DNA of 60,736 nt, counting the filler, from Platydemus manokwari (taxonomy: Eukaryota), in the NCBI GenBank assembly GCA_037951405.1. It is 5 parts of 5 records of this genome, joined end to end, with 100 filler letters (N's around TTAATTAATTAA, not from the genome) between each part and the next. Parts side by side here need not be neighbours in the genome. Positions count along the whole stretch, not along the records: positions 38,295 to 49,900 come from JBBMOY010568885.1; positions 50,001 to 60,736 come from JBBMOY011109553.1; 3 more parts are not named here. One strand, written 5' to 3'. The number at the start of each line of letters is the position of its first letter. Within the stretch, counting starts at the first letter, position 1. Below the pieces are notes generated by a model. The model did no database searches and was not told the DNA's origin. It saw only the letters and a program-made list of their open reading frames with translations. Below, piece after piece: positions 41,201-53,991 of this stretch. The position numbers were made by a program, and so were the translations under genes.

Positions 41201-44200
41201 TTATTTATCCTGGTTTTCCTATTTTGATTTATCTTTTGAAGAAATGTGTATTCAATATTTCAAAGTTATTATTATTTTCAGCTCTTTATCTCAATAAAAT
41301 ACTAAAAGGTTGTCATGAAAGAAAACTTGGATTGAAAGATCAAATAAAAATTGGCCAAATATATGAAGAATTGAATATCCCATTATTGGCATTGAAACAT
41401 TATAAATTTGCTGTAATAATTGAATTATTTTTATATTTTAATAATTATTATTATGACAATAATTAGTTCACGGAATTGAACAATAATGATGAGAGCGAAT
41501 TACGGATGAAATTAGTGAATCGAATAATATATATTAATGAAATAGTTGGTCATTATCAGGATAATATTTCATTATTGGAAGATAAAATGAGAAATATTAT
41601 TCAAGGTAAAACTACTGATAAATATACAGCACAAATTTGTTGTTGTATTATGAAACAATTATTAAATTGTTGGATTCGTTGTGATAATGTTTATGAACAT
41701 TTGGATCGATTGGTATTGCTTACTGATCAATTGGATTCATTAGCAATCGTGACAAATAAATTATCGATACAGGTGTTGATTTTTATGATCATTTTGAAAA
41801 AAAATATTAATATTTGTGTGTATGTATGTGTGTGTCATTTATAGCTGTCATCAATGAAGGTCATTGTTGATATATATGAACAATTATCAATTCCATCACT
41901 ATCAGATCATCTTATTAAAGCGAGAGAAAAATTGGAACGATTGCAGGTTTTATCATCAAATAATGATAACGAAGAGCTTGACGATGATATTGAAGAGATT
42001 GAAGAAGAAGATCTAAGCGATCTAGATATGTCTAATGATGAATTGGGTGACGAGTTATCGTCAGATTCCGGTATAATTTTGATGATAATAATCATTATTA
42101 TTAAATTATTATTCTTATATTTAATGATAATTAAAATAATATGATAGATGTGGACTTGCGCACACTGACGGAGGGTCAGATTGAAGAATTGGAGGCCGTA
42201 GGGAAAAGATCGAAACCGGGTTCAACTAAATCATTTATCAAAGTAAAATATCGATTATGATAAAATTGTTAGATGAATATTTTTGATGTGATATAGAGAA
42301 ATGAAAAAGGAGAAACATTGCTCCATGTGGCAGCTATTAATGGCAATTTAAAACAAGTTGAAAAACTCATTGATAAAATGGTAGCTCAGTTATTATAATA
42401 TTTGGTGACCCGTGTTATTGGTGATCATAATAGGAACATCCATTAGATATAGTTGATAGCGCTGGATGGACACCATTGCATGATGCTGCCAATCACGGGC
42501 ACACTAAAATTGTTGCATTTCTTTTGGATCGAGGAGCTAATATTGAACACACTGGTCCACCAATCGATTGTTCAACTGCATTGATGGAAGCAGTTCATGG
42601 TGGAAATATTGATACCGCAATCATGCTTATTGAACGCGGTGCCAATCTGTGGCATAAGTATTTGGAAATGGAATAAGATTGAATGTTGATGTTGTTATTT
42701 ATGTAGAAATAGACAGAAAGAGAATTTGGGTGATTGTATTGATGGATGGCGTCAGAGGAGCAAGGACAATTATGCTTTCGAGGAACCAGAAGCTCGAGCA
42801 TATCAAACAATTATGAAATTGATTAAACAAAAGTTGGGCGACAGATATATTGAATGGTGTCGAGAAAGGAGAGGTTTATCACTATCAGAAGGTGTAAATC
42901 ATGTTCCAGTTGTGTCTGTTGAAAACAAACAGCCTGATGTTCCCAAATATAACCGGCGTTTGTTGGATCAAGAGCAGTTTCTCGATAATAAGGAAAATGG
43001 AGCTTGTGGAAGAAATATCTATGTAGAGGATTATCTATCAACGATGAGATCGGTGAAGGGATGTTCAATATCGTAATATTGCATTTAATATTCTATTTAT
43101 AGTTTTGTTTCAAATATTAAAATATAAAGTGAAAATAATGATGATGATTATTATTGAATTATTATTATTTAGAGATGTCGATTATATTTAATAATTTCTA
43201 GGTTGTCATCACAAGAAAAAGATTCAACTTGTCAAATTTCTGGTGAATCGGGCTACGTTATTGGTGATGATTGGCTTGAAGATGATTTGACTCCTTTGCA
43301 GAAAAAAAATAAGCCGATCAAGGAACCTGATTATGGGCGATTCTCTCGGGGCAGTCGCAAACGAGCAAATGCATTACCAATCAATTCTGATGAAATCAAA
43401 TGCAAAAAAGTCTTGAACTCATCAGAGGATAACACGATGACGCCAGTTAAAAGTCCAATCAGCAATGAAATGATCAACAACGAAATATCGAAAAATATTT
43501 CCGCCGAAATCAACCAATCAGATAAGATGTGCCAATCATTGCATGATGTCGATAACACATCTGATTGTAGTGAAATATCAAATCCTGGTCACATAATCAA
43601 GAAACATCAATCTACTGTAGTAACTGTCGTATATCGATCGATATCAATGGTTGTACCACTGATTGAAGGGTAATTAAGTCATCTCGCTATCACATACCTC
43701 CTTCTCTCTATTTTCTAAGATGCACAGTCGAGTGGCTCATCGAGGAAACCGTTCGTCGATATTTGCTACTTTGTCCCTCTGGAGGTATTATTGATTCGTC
43801 AAATATTCGTATTTCCACAGAAGCTGGTAGCTTTCTATTACCAAGTGATCCACTACATCACATTATATCTGATTTTGTCGGATGCGCACCAATCAGACTG
43901 TTAGCTGACGATATTTCTCATGTTCAGGCAAAGATTTAACATTGAAAAATTATTATCAATTCATATAATCGATTGTAGACAGCTGTGTCATCCAGATTCA
44001 AAGATTTACATAGCAACATCAAGTCATCATTGGATGTTCATCATCTAGATTTATCTAATCGAAATCTTTCAAAGGATCTTCCTGATTATCTTTCACAGTT
44101 GCATTTTACTTATCATTTGAACTCTCTACGGAAAATTTCTCTGAAAGGTTGTTGTTATAAACCAGATTAATATTTCATTGGTATCATATTATAATATTAG

Positions 44201-46256
44201 ATAATAATATTACTGATGATATCGTTACCAAGCCATTCAATACCAATTTAGGATCTTTAGATTTGGCACGATTTATTTTGCATCATTCTTCAACAATTGA
44301 AGAGATTGATCTGAGTGGAAATAAAATTACTGGTGCCGGATTGTCTAGTTTGTTGCACTCGTTACAGTGGGTGATTTTAGTTTATTAATTAATTTTATTA
44401 TTATCGATTATCGTTATTATCATTGGTTAATAGTTTTGTCTTTTTAATCAGTGGTTCTTATTGATTGTCATTACTATTGATTATTGTAGTTACTATCATT
44501 GATTGCCATTATTATTGTTGATTATCTTACTTATTATTGATTTCCAATATTGTCATTAATTGGTGTTATTGTTTACTCTGGTTATTATTATTGATTGCTA
44601 ATATTGATTAATTTACTATTATTGGTTAATGTAATTATTAATAATTGTTAAATATTATTGATTACCGATTTTATTCATTATTACTATCATTATTGATTGT
44701 TATCATTCTTATTTTTATGATTATTATTGATATTGTCAATACTATTATTGATTATTTTTCCTATTATTTATCCGATTATTTTGCATAATCTCATTGTTAT
44801 CAAATAGAACTTACGCTTATTTATGATTAATCAATATTCTGATTAATGTTTAATTGTTAGATATGCCATCTGATAATAACGATAATTTTTTCACAAATAT
44901 TCTAAACAAAACAAATCGAACTGCTTGGTGAAACAATTCATTTAAATTTTTATCATTTCAAACTTCAATGTTTTTTCTTTTAAGGCATAAAAGTATTTTG
45001 AAACTTACAACTCTCGATTTGTCCTTTAATCCAATTGGCGCAAATGATTTCTGTGTCATCTCTCTCATTTTGAAACCGATTTTTTCCGTGTTTCCATCTA
45101 TCAGAACTTTGAAAATCAGTGGATGTCAGATTTCCAATTTTTCTGAATATTCGTCTGTAAGATCTTCCAACAATAACAGCCACATCCAATTGGTTTTATC
45201 TGAGCTCGATTTATCTTATAATCCACTAATTATAAAGCATAATAGTTGTGACATGTATCTGTGGAAATTATTGGAATCGTCAATACAACTTTTATCGTTT
45301 CGTGGCTGTGGCACAAGTATGGCCAATTTGGATAATCCTCAATATCGATTAGTAGAATTTATCGCACCAATTGTGGAAATAATAGCACAAGTGGGATTTT
45401 ATTTAATGACACTGATTGTTTTCATTTTAATATTTGTGAATATACTTTTATATTTACCTGATTATTTATTATATTAAAAAGATAACAGCGTTGTATATTT
45501 TCATGACATTATTATTATTTTATCACTGCTATTCTATTAAATAATATTTCCTATCTTTCTTTTTAAGGCTCGAATCAAACCAGCAATCTTAGATTTGTCT
45601 GACTGTTCATTGGATCTCGAATGTATTCATCATATCAGTAGGTTCGTAGCTTAATTCATTTTATTATCGTATTTTCTATTATAAATATTGTTATTAGATT
45701 GTATATCAGCAAGCAATCAACTATTTCATTCATTATGGTTCATGATAATGATATTTTGAGACTGTCAGCTTCCAACTGGTGTTCATTTCTTCATAGCCTC
45801 AGTCAACCAATATGCAAGATCACAAAACTTGCAATCGATATGCCAATAGGTTAAATATTTTTATTTTATAGAAACCATATTTTATTTGGACCATTTTCTC
45901 TCTATCCAGTTCGTAATTATGACGAATTCCAGACTTGTATTTATACCGTCCAGGAGAAGATTCGTTCAAGAATTGGATCACCATTAAAAGGAATACATTT
46001 GAAAATTAGGCCTGATATGATTAATCACATCAAATATGCTTTGTTTGAACATGGTTTGAGCAGACTTTCTGAAGATTCAATTCGGTTGTCAGCAGAAACC
46101 GATGATTTGGATGATGAGGAGCATCAATCGATTCATTATTGCAAGTGCTTCATTTTGTCAATTGTGGATTTTTTTCGAGATCGTGATGGCAACGATAATA
46201 TACGAGTGGAGTTTGAGGAATCCTTTTTGAAGATTATGAATTGTGTTGATGAATAG
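38295..46256 (+). CDS. TONSL: Tonsoku-like DNA repair protein (TPR - acidic - ankyrin - UBL - LRR), multi-exon
   Basis: TPR-like helices (AYRQMGECMLELQ, EIQRAFVTIG, SLFNLGLV) and an acidic tract at about 41960-42070. Ankyrin repeats RNEKGETLLHVAA..GWTPLHDAANHGH..LLDRGA (42297-42656), DDWLEDDL motif, UBL-like TVEWLIEETVRRY (43610-43890). LRRs LDLSNRNL, IDLSGNKI, LDLSFNPI, LDLSYNPL; stop at 46256. This domain order is diagnostic. Not every exon boundary was verified. Confidence 0.93.
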
Positions 46257-46860
46257 ATTTATTAAGTTTATGAGATTGGTATTGAGAAATATGTTCACAT
46301 CAGTAAATATGTGTTAATAATATATCAATTTGATTTTATTAATAATAAATTTTTATATCTATCAACACATGTGATCCACTTTATCAACAAAAACACAATC
46401 TGTTGCTACTGGGAAACAATTTGAACAATAAAATAAATGAAATCGCAAGATGTTTCGAATAAATTTCAATTTTTTATTTAAGTATGTAGTTTGTATTATT
46501 AATAATATTTCGAATTAATGAATCAAAATTGATTTCATTATTTTACGATTTGTTTTAACATTTTGAAGAAAATTGATCAATACTTCCATGAATGTTATTT
46601 GGATGGATAGTTTTTATTTATTAACTTATATGTTCTGCAAACAATCCTTTTTATAATTGAATTCTATTTATCTATTTGGTTAAACATTTATTTTCAAAAA
46701 TACTACTTCGTTACAATAATATCTGTCTGATTTTATAAAATGAATATTTCATTGAGCCTATGAAATCATTATATTGAAATTCATACTTATTAAATATAGT
46801 AATAATATTAATAGAAATTGTTTTTAGTTGAACAAAAATATTAAATCAATACTACATCTG

Positions 46861-47568
46861 TCAATTCTCATTTTCACATGAATTCTTGCCATCATATTGA
46901 TCAATTATATCATTTCTTGAATGAACAATTGGTAATGAATCCCATTTCTTACATTTATATTCTTGAATAGTGATTCCAACAATACCAATTTCCACAATAC
47001 TTTGAATGATCCACATTGCAATTATAAACCAAAGTAGCAAATTTATAACTTCATAACCATGCTGACAGTTATTATTAGTTAATTTCTGATATTCAGTGAC
47101 AATAAAATGCATCCAAGAAATTGATATTTGCAATGAAACAACAATCATTAGTATAAATACTGCGAGATAAAGACATTCTAAAATCAAAGATGATTTTTGA
47201 GGCTTAATAAATTCATTCTCAGAAAGAAAACAACATAAATGATATGTGATCAAAAAAATAAAAATAACGCTGATTGGAATATTAAAAAAATAATGGAAAA
47301 CTTTTTGCATTTTGCATTGATATTCACTAATGATATGAGAATGACTTTGAATATATTCGTTAATTGGAAATGTATTATTAATAACCTGAAATTTTGATCT
47401 TGAACTGAGTATTGGAATGACCGAAATGAGCTGACAACCACACAAATGAATGTGAAAAATCCCAACAATACTTGCTACCAAACTCAAGAAAAGAATAACA
47501 ATTCGAAATATTTGAATTACTACATTACATGGTCGATCTCCGAAACAAGATCCAAAAGTTTTTTCCAT
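46861..47568 (-). CDS. Intronless four-TM membrane protein, paralog A (235 aa), family unknown
   Basis: ATG-started ORF with four hydrophobic segments and strong collinear similarity to 48861-49532. Confidence 0.85.
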   Translation of the reverse strand: MEKTFGSCFGDRPCNVVIQIFRIVILFLSLVASIVGIFHIHLCGCQLISVIPILSSRSKFQVINNTFPINEYIQSHSHIISEYQCKMQKVFHYFFNIPISVIFIFLITYHLCCFLSENEFIKPQKSSLILECLYLAVFILMIVVSLQISISWMHFIVTEYQKLTNNNCQHGYEVINLLLWFIIAMWIIQSIVEIGIVGITIQEYKCKKWDSLPIVHSRNDIIDQYDGKNSCENEN

Positions 47569-48860
47569 CGTTAAGTTTCCAATTGATTATTTCATGGATT
47601 ATTAATGGATAAAAGTTTTAAATATTTTATGGTTTTGTTTGACTATTGAATGAACTTTTATAACAGTAAATAAAACAACAATATATTTGTTATTTTTAAA
47701 ATTATAGGTTAATAATATTTTAAAAATTAGAATTTCAATTTGGCTCATGATTAACAACAAAATCAGACATTCAGTAGATTTTGAAAAACATATCTGAGCA
47801 GAACAATAAAATTTGACTACTTTTACAACACGAAATTATTGCGAGAAAAATTGAACGTCTCATGACATCAGTAGTAAATTTGCAAGTATATTTCTAAATA
47901 TAAAGACGTTAACAAAGAAGACTGAAGTCATTTTTCAGAACAGCATTTTATCATCGTGATAAGTGATACATTGTTAGATTGTTTGTATTGTAATGCTCCT
48001 AAGCAAATTTATTTGTATAATTAAGGTTAATCCTTAGTTTTTTTTTCATAAACGCCTAGAAGATAAAGTCTCACATGCATATCACCCAACAATCTTGTTT
48101 TTGAAAACGGGATTCCAACACTTTGAATAGAACACTCTAAGGTATCACTATGAAATGTCTGATATGTCGCTAAAGCATTATCATAATCTTTAATGTTTTA
48201 AAATTTCGTCGTTAAACAAAATTTGATTGTTGCCTTTTGTTCTTGAATCATATTATTATTTTTATAATAAAAAATTTTAAACTGATAATCATAGCTTTTA
48301 TACTGATTTTAGATTGAGATAAACAATAGAATAAGAGTTGACAATTTCCGCTGCTTTAATTTTTATATGGGTTTCAAGTATTTTATCAAATAATTAGGTG
48401 ACTTAACATTAACAATTTTCGTAAATCTCTTCGCAATTCAAACTTATTGAAGAACAAAACTAGTCAACTACCACTTTTGCAGACTGTGTCTAGTTAAGAA
48501 AATGCACAAAATCAATTTTAATTAAAAATTAAGAGTTTATTTCAATATGTAGGAATTCGAATTTAAACTGTTAGCAACATAAAGTTACTTAATACCGCGA
48601 TATTCAATTTTGTTAAACAAATTTAAATTTAATTTTTAAAACCATAGTCGATTGGTTGCTATATGCATTAATACCAGTATTTTATGTTAAAAAACCAAGA
48701 AAATATTTCAATTCAATTCTGCTAATACTTTGAAATCATTTTATTTTAATTCTTTTTTAGTTTTATAAGGTTATTATTATTATCACGACAGAACTGGAAT
48801 ATAAATAAATAATCGAAACAAATTAAGTTATTTGTTTGTGTTCCTTTAAACAAATATTTT

Positions 48861-49532
48861 TCATTGAACTGATTTATAACCAGATTTATGTGATCCAACA
48901 CTTGTTGATAATTTATTCGTTCTGATTGTTTGATATTGATTTTCCTGCATATTGATTGCAATAATGCAAATAGTTACTCCACAATTTCCCGTCCACATAA
49001 TAAATATGAACCAGAGCAATAAATTAATCACATCATATGCATGAGAACAAGAATCTTTGATATATTTGGGATATTCGAGACCTATATAATGCATCCACGA
49101 TGTTGCAACAAATAATGATGATATGGTCATTAAAATAAATAATGTCAAATACAAACATTCGGCAATTGCAACAGATCTTCTGTTTTGAAAATGATAACAC
49201 TGTTTAATGGAACACAACTGATAACAACTGATGAAAATAAATATTCCACACAACGGAATATTGAGAACAAAATGGAATAATTTCTGTAAATAACATTGGT
49301 ATTGGCTTATAATATGAGAATGAAATGAGAAATATTCATTCAACGATGAATTTATGGTTGACATATTATCATTGATCATTGAAGATATTGAAAATGGAAT
49401 TATTGGTGTGAATTGACAACCACATAAATGAGAATGGAAAATAATAATTGTACTAGCAATCAAACAGAGCAATAATGTTACAACTCTGAAGCATTTAACA
49501 ATGATAATAAACGGCTTCTTAATATCATTCAT
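48861..49532 (-). CDS. Intronless four-TM membrane protein, paralog B (223 aa), family unknown
   Basis: Shares IFHxHLCGCQ, NEY...HSHIISxYQC, ECLYLxxFILM, SWMH and CxHxYxVINLLLWFI with paralog A. Confidence 0.85.
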   Translation of the reverse strand: MNDIKKPFIIIVKCFRVVTLLLCLIASTIIIFHSHLCGCQFTPIIPFSISSMINDNMSTINSSLNEYFSFHSHIISQYQCYLQKLFHFVLNIPLCGIFIFISCYQLCSIKQCYHFQNRRSVAIAECLYLTLFILMTISSLFVATSWMHYIGLEYPKYIKDSCSHAYDVINLLLWFIFIMWTGNCGVTICIIAINMQENQYQTIRTNKLSTSVGSHKSGYKSVQ

Positions 49533-49900
49533 TTATAATTTAAATCAATTGATTTAGTTTTAACAATCAATTCAATTTTATCGACATATTTTTAGATTTT
49601 TCATTTCTTTTAGAAGATTTTTATCATTCAATCATTGTATTTGTGATCATTATGTCAAAGAAATCATGTGAATTATAGTTAATTAGAGCATGCTGTTATA
49701 GAAACGAACAAAAAAACTCATAAAAAATAAATCAATTAATTTAAAAGAAGATAAAAGAAAATATAAAAACTATACTTAGAAATGAACACCATTAAAATAT
49801 CTTCTCCAAAATATAAAGAAGAGTGTGATAAAGATTAGTAAATATTAATATTTATTAATTCAAAAGATTGTACAAATATATAGTATTTAAACAAATACAT

Positions 49901-50000
49901 NNNNNNNNNNNNNNNNNNNNNNNNNNNNNNNNNNNNNNNNNNNNTTAATTAATTAANNNNNNNNNNNNNNNNNNNNNNNNNNNNNNNNNNNNNNNNNNNN
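49901..50000. other. Artificial assembly spacer
   Basis: 44N-TTAATTAATTAA-44N. Confidence 0.97.
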
Positions 50001-51449
50001 AATTATAATTAAATAAAAAAGAATAAATACCTTTTGGTCGTAATTTATTGATGACTTTAAATTTCAAAGAATATCTTTGCTAATTGAAATTATCGCAACG
50101 ATTTAGCATTTTAGATATTATATTGACTCTAATTAAAATCAAAATGGTGGCACAGTTTAACTCCAATAATTTAAATTTTAATTTAATTTAACAACTATCA
50201 ATTAAAATATGAATTAAATTATTAAACTACTTATCAGAAACAATAAGAAATAATATTAATTGGAAATAATTTAAAGTATATGTAATTCAGAAATATTATT
50301 AAAACCTAAATTTCTTACTGAAAATTTAATTTTGAATAATTTTATAGTTCAAGTTAGGGATTTCATCTGATTTCATAAAATTAAAATTTTCAATATTAAA
50401 ATTACACTAACTTAATACACTAACTTACAAATAATTTCATTATATGATTTTTATTAGATGCATATAAAAATTATTTTCTAATAAAAAGTCAAATTTTTTA
50501 CACATATGATTGTAACTTAAATGCAAAAAATTTACTTATTATGATTTCATTATAAAATAATTTTCTGATTAATATATTACTTTTAAGTGATTCTATTGCA
50601 TCTGCTAATATATTTACATCTTATTTTAAATATAGAACTGTACAATCCCGAAATATTTTACAATTAAATTTATTCCAAATGGTTTGAGCTTTTTGATAAT
50701 CTTCTTCTTTTATTCATTCATATTTTAATTTAGAATAAAAAGGTTCAATTGGTGATAATTTAGTTTCATTTAATACTTCAAATGAAGTTATTCATAGATC
50801 ATCTGTGGATAACGAATTACAATGATCTAATATTTGAGACAGTTCGTATTTTAAACGTGCCGAATTCATTTATGATAATAAAAACCTTTAATGCTACGAA
50901 TAGGTTCTAAATGAGATATATTTTGTAAACTAGATTTGTGAGTAATTTGATAATTTCGAAACCACAAAATCTTCTTTCTAAAATAGCTCAAATTTTAAAG
51001 ATTAATTCCCTTTTACAGTTCTAACCAAACATTTATATACGACTCTAATCAATTGAAACTAATTTTGAGAAATGATTTATTACAATGCCTGACACGTTTT
51101 ATCTAATAGTAAATAAACGACAAAGACTTTAATAAACATCCAAGTGTGGGAATGATAAATTTTCCCGGCTTAAATAATAGGTCTCTCTCATTAAATTATT
51201 TAACTTTATCTGACAATAATTTCGCCACAACATTAAGCTATAATTAAAGGATATAATAAAAATTATTATTTTATAATAATGATGATAAATTAAATTCATT
51301 TAGAATTTCAGATGTCGATATCTCAATCTTATTATTAATAAGAATCACATATGATGATTTATCATTTCGAAACAATATTCAACAGAGGAAAAATATAAAA
51401 AATAAATGTCGAATACATACATTTAAGAAAATGATATTTTATTGAGAGA

Positions 51450-53290
51450 AGGTATAAAATCAATCCATCGACATTAGTTTTAATAACTCCCTTTAAGACG
51501 ACGATAATTGTTGGGATCAATTTGACAGTGCACTGAGAATCAAAACAATCTTTATTGATTATTGATATCAATCAAGATCAACTGAAATTATATCATTTAT
51601 TTTGATGACGAGTTTTGAATAACCCTCTAATAGACCTACACCTCTGATTAATTCCAATTTTGGAGCACGCATCTCTCACAAACTTGCTTTCAAAATGTGT
51701 GTGGTTGAGCATGGCTTGTTTTTTAAAACATTTGATCAACAATGTAAAGGAGGTCTCAAAAAATATTTTTCTATTTTGCTTTTTTGTAATAGTGAGGCAT
51801 ACGGTCTTGTTGAAACAGTCGATAATGACTATCAGATACTTTTTCGCTTTGAATAGCCTCAATTTAAGGAAGAGAAACTTCTTTTGTTTTGAATTGTTGA
51901 ATCTTCCACTTTGTGAAGACAACTTATTGACTTAAAATTTCTTTTTGTAGCGTTAATGATGCCAGATCAATATAAATTATCTTCTACATACGTAAAGACT
52001 TATCTTCATTACAAAATGGTGTGATTATCTCGTGGATATTTTCTAGAAATTGCCGTGTAAAGTTTCAAGTTACTATGGACGCAGAGACATCTACTTTCTC
52101 CATCATTAACATATTATCGATCGCTACTAGTTCATTTTTGACTCTAAGGAAAGCATTATTAATCAAAAATTTATTACTAACCTCTGATTGATTCATCATT
52201 TCAATATTTCTGCGTTTTTTGAGAACCTGGAATTCGCTGCATGACATTAAAAAAAATACCTCATTCGAAGTAGATATTGATAGTGTTTCGTCTGGTACTG
52301 AAAACACGTTATTTAGTTGATCAAATATAAATCGTAGTCATTACTGTGTTGCTCTACTTTTCTATACTTTTATTTCTAAATCATATTTTAATTCGCAACC
52401 ATACTCTGACAAATTTACAATCCATGTTTAAAACATTGGACTGATTGCTCTCTGAGTTATGTTCAAATAGATGAAAGCTATCTGATCTGTCCTCGCAATG
52501 AATTTCTTTCCTTAAAATTCTTATTTAAAACAGATCATATTCATGAATAACTAAAAGCTCTTTTCTGGTAATTCAGTATCTTTACTTATAGCTAGTAGGT
52601 AACACGGATAGATATGCCGTTTCAACTTCGGTTTCCTTTCTGGTAAATTGACAGACAACACACTTGAAGCTATTGTATAAACCTCCTGTAATAGTATGTC
52701 AAACCCAACAAAGATCTAGGTTTAGATGCAGACTGTGGATCTGATGCACTATGTGCTTGCATCATCTATCTATTCTATCAGAATTCGTGAGAAGAACTTT
52801 TGTATTAACAGTATAAACCAAGAGAATTACTTCATATTTAGTGTTAAATTGATTTATTTTCGTTTTGATTTCAATGCCATTATAAGGGTATGCAAAGTAT
52901 TAAGTTAGATACTAAAATGCTCTATCAGAAAAAATCTGCAAAGTAAAAGAAAAAACACAAAAATGAATAAAAAATGGTGGTCAATAATATTTTAACCAAA
53001 CACAATTATCCATTCTCCTAAAATTATAATAAAATATATAAACTACAAGTATGTTATAGTTTTAGGAATTTGTTCCCGTTTCAGGATTTCCAGTTCTGAG
53101 AAAGCATAAGTTTGAGAATGCTCCATTTTTGGGAGTTGCAATATAAAAATTCCCATGCTTTTCGAATATCTTAAATGAAGAAATTTATGTTTTATTGAAT
53201 TCGAGCAATTCCTGAGTTTCATTTGCGCTTTTTCAGCGCATTCCATATCTCCAATTTTACTTGATATTCGTTTGAACTGATTGTCGAACT
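51450..53290 (-). mobile_element. Second degenerate Ty3/Gypsy pol relic (RT connection - RNase H - integrase)
   Basis: RSLLGLTYYYRRFIQ (about 52675-52720; Gypsy RSFLG..YYRRFI). IARTDQIAF..TWIVNLSEYGCELKY (RNase H, about 52385-52500). KYLIVIIDCFNK and FESKFVRDACSKIGI (integrase core, about 51650-51845). Confidence 0.8.
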
Positions 53291-53676
53291 CTCATATACC
53301 CACATTATCCATTTAATAAAAAAAATCAATATTTTTTTGTAATCCTAAATAAATCATCATTTATTTTCTTCATAATTTATTGTCAATGTGACTGCCCATC
53401 TATCTATTTTAATCAATAAATATTTTACTTTCATTATTTATCATACTTATAAATATTTCAAAGGTTGATTAAATTTATTTATAAACCATTTATTTATATG
53501 ATAAATTGTACTCGAATTTTCAATTCTAAATCACATTACCTTTTCCAGTAGTGAAAGTTTATAAACGGGTTGGTCATTGATTGTTTTCATATCTATTCAC
53601 TGAATTTGTTTTTCAAGAACACAGGAAGATCAAATTCTAAACATGATGTGGAAATTAAATCGGAATTTCGTAAGTA

Positions 53677-53681
<5 letters not shown>

Positions 53682-53718
<37 letters not shown>

Positions 53719-53810
53719 AAATTTATTATTATTAAAAATGTATCATTGTTGTTGTTATTATTATTAATATCAAAAACTTATTATTATTATTGTTATTATT
53801 ATTATTATTA
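53682..53810. repeat. (ATT)n microsatellite/low complexity, probably inside a 5' UTR intron of the LicD gene
   Basis: Repeat seen directly; GTAAGT donor at about 53670. Confidence 0.8.
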
Positions 53811-53991
53811 CTTAGCAATATTATTTAGCAATAAATAATTTATGTATTTAAATTATCCTTAATAATTATAACAAAACTCCTAGAATTAATTATACGTATA
53901 AAATGAATTCATTTGCTAGTAGTGGTTGCCATGAGAAAAATAGAGGAAATAAATTCACGATTATACTTTCATTCCTGGTATAGATAGTGAA

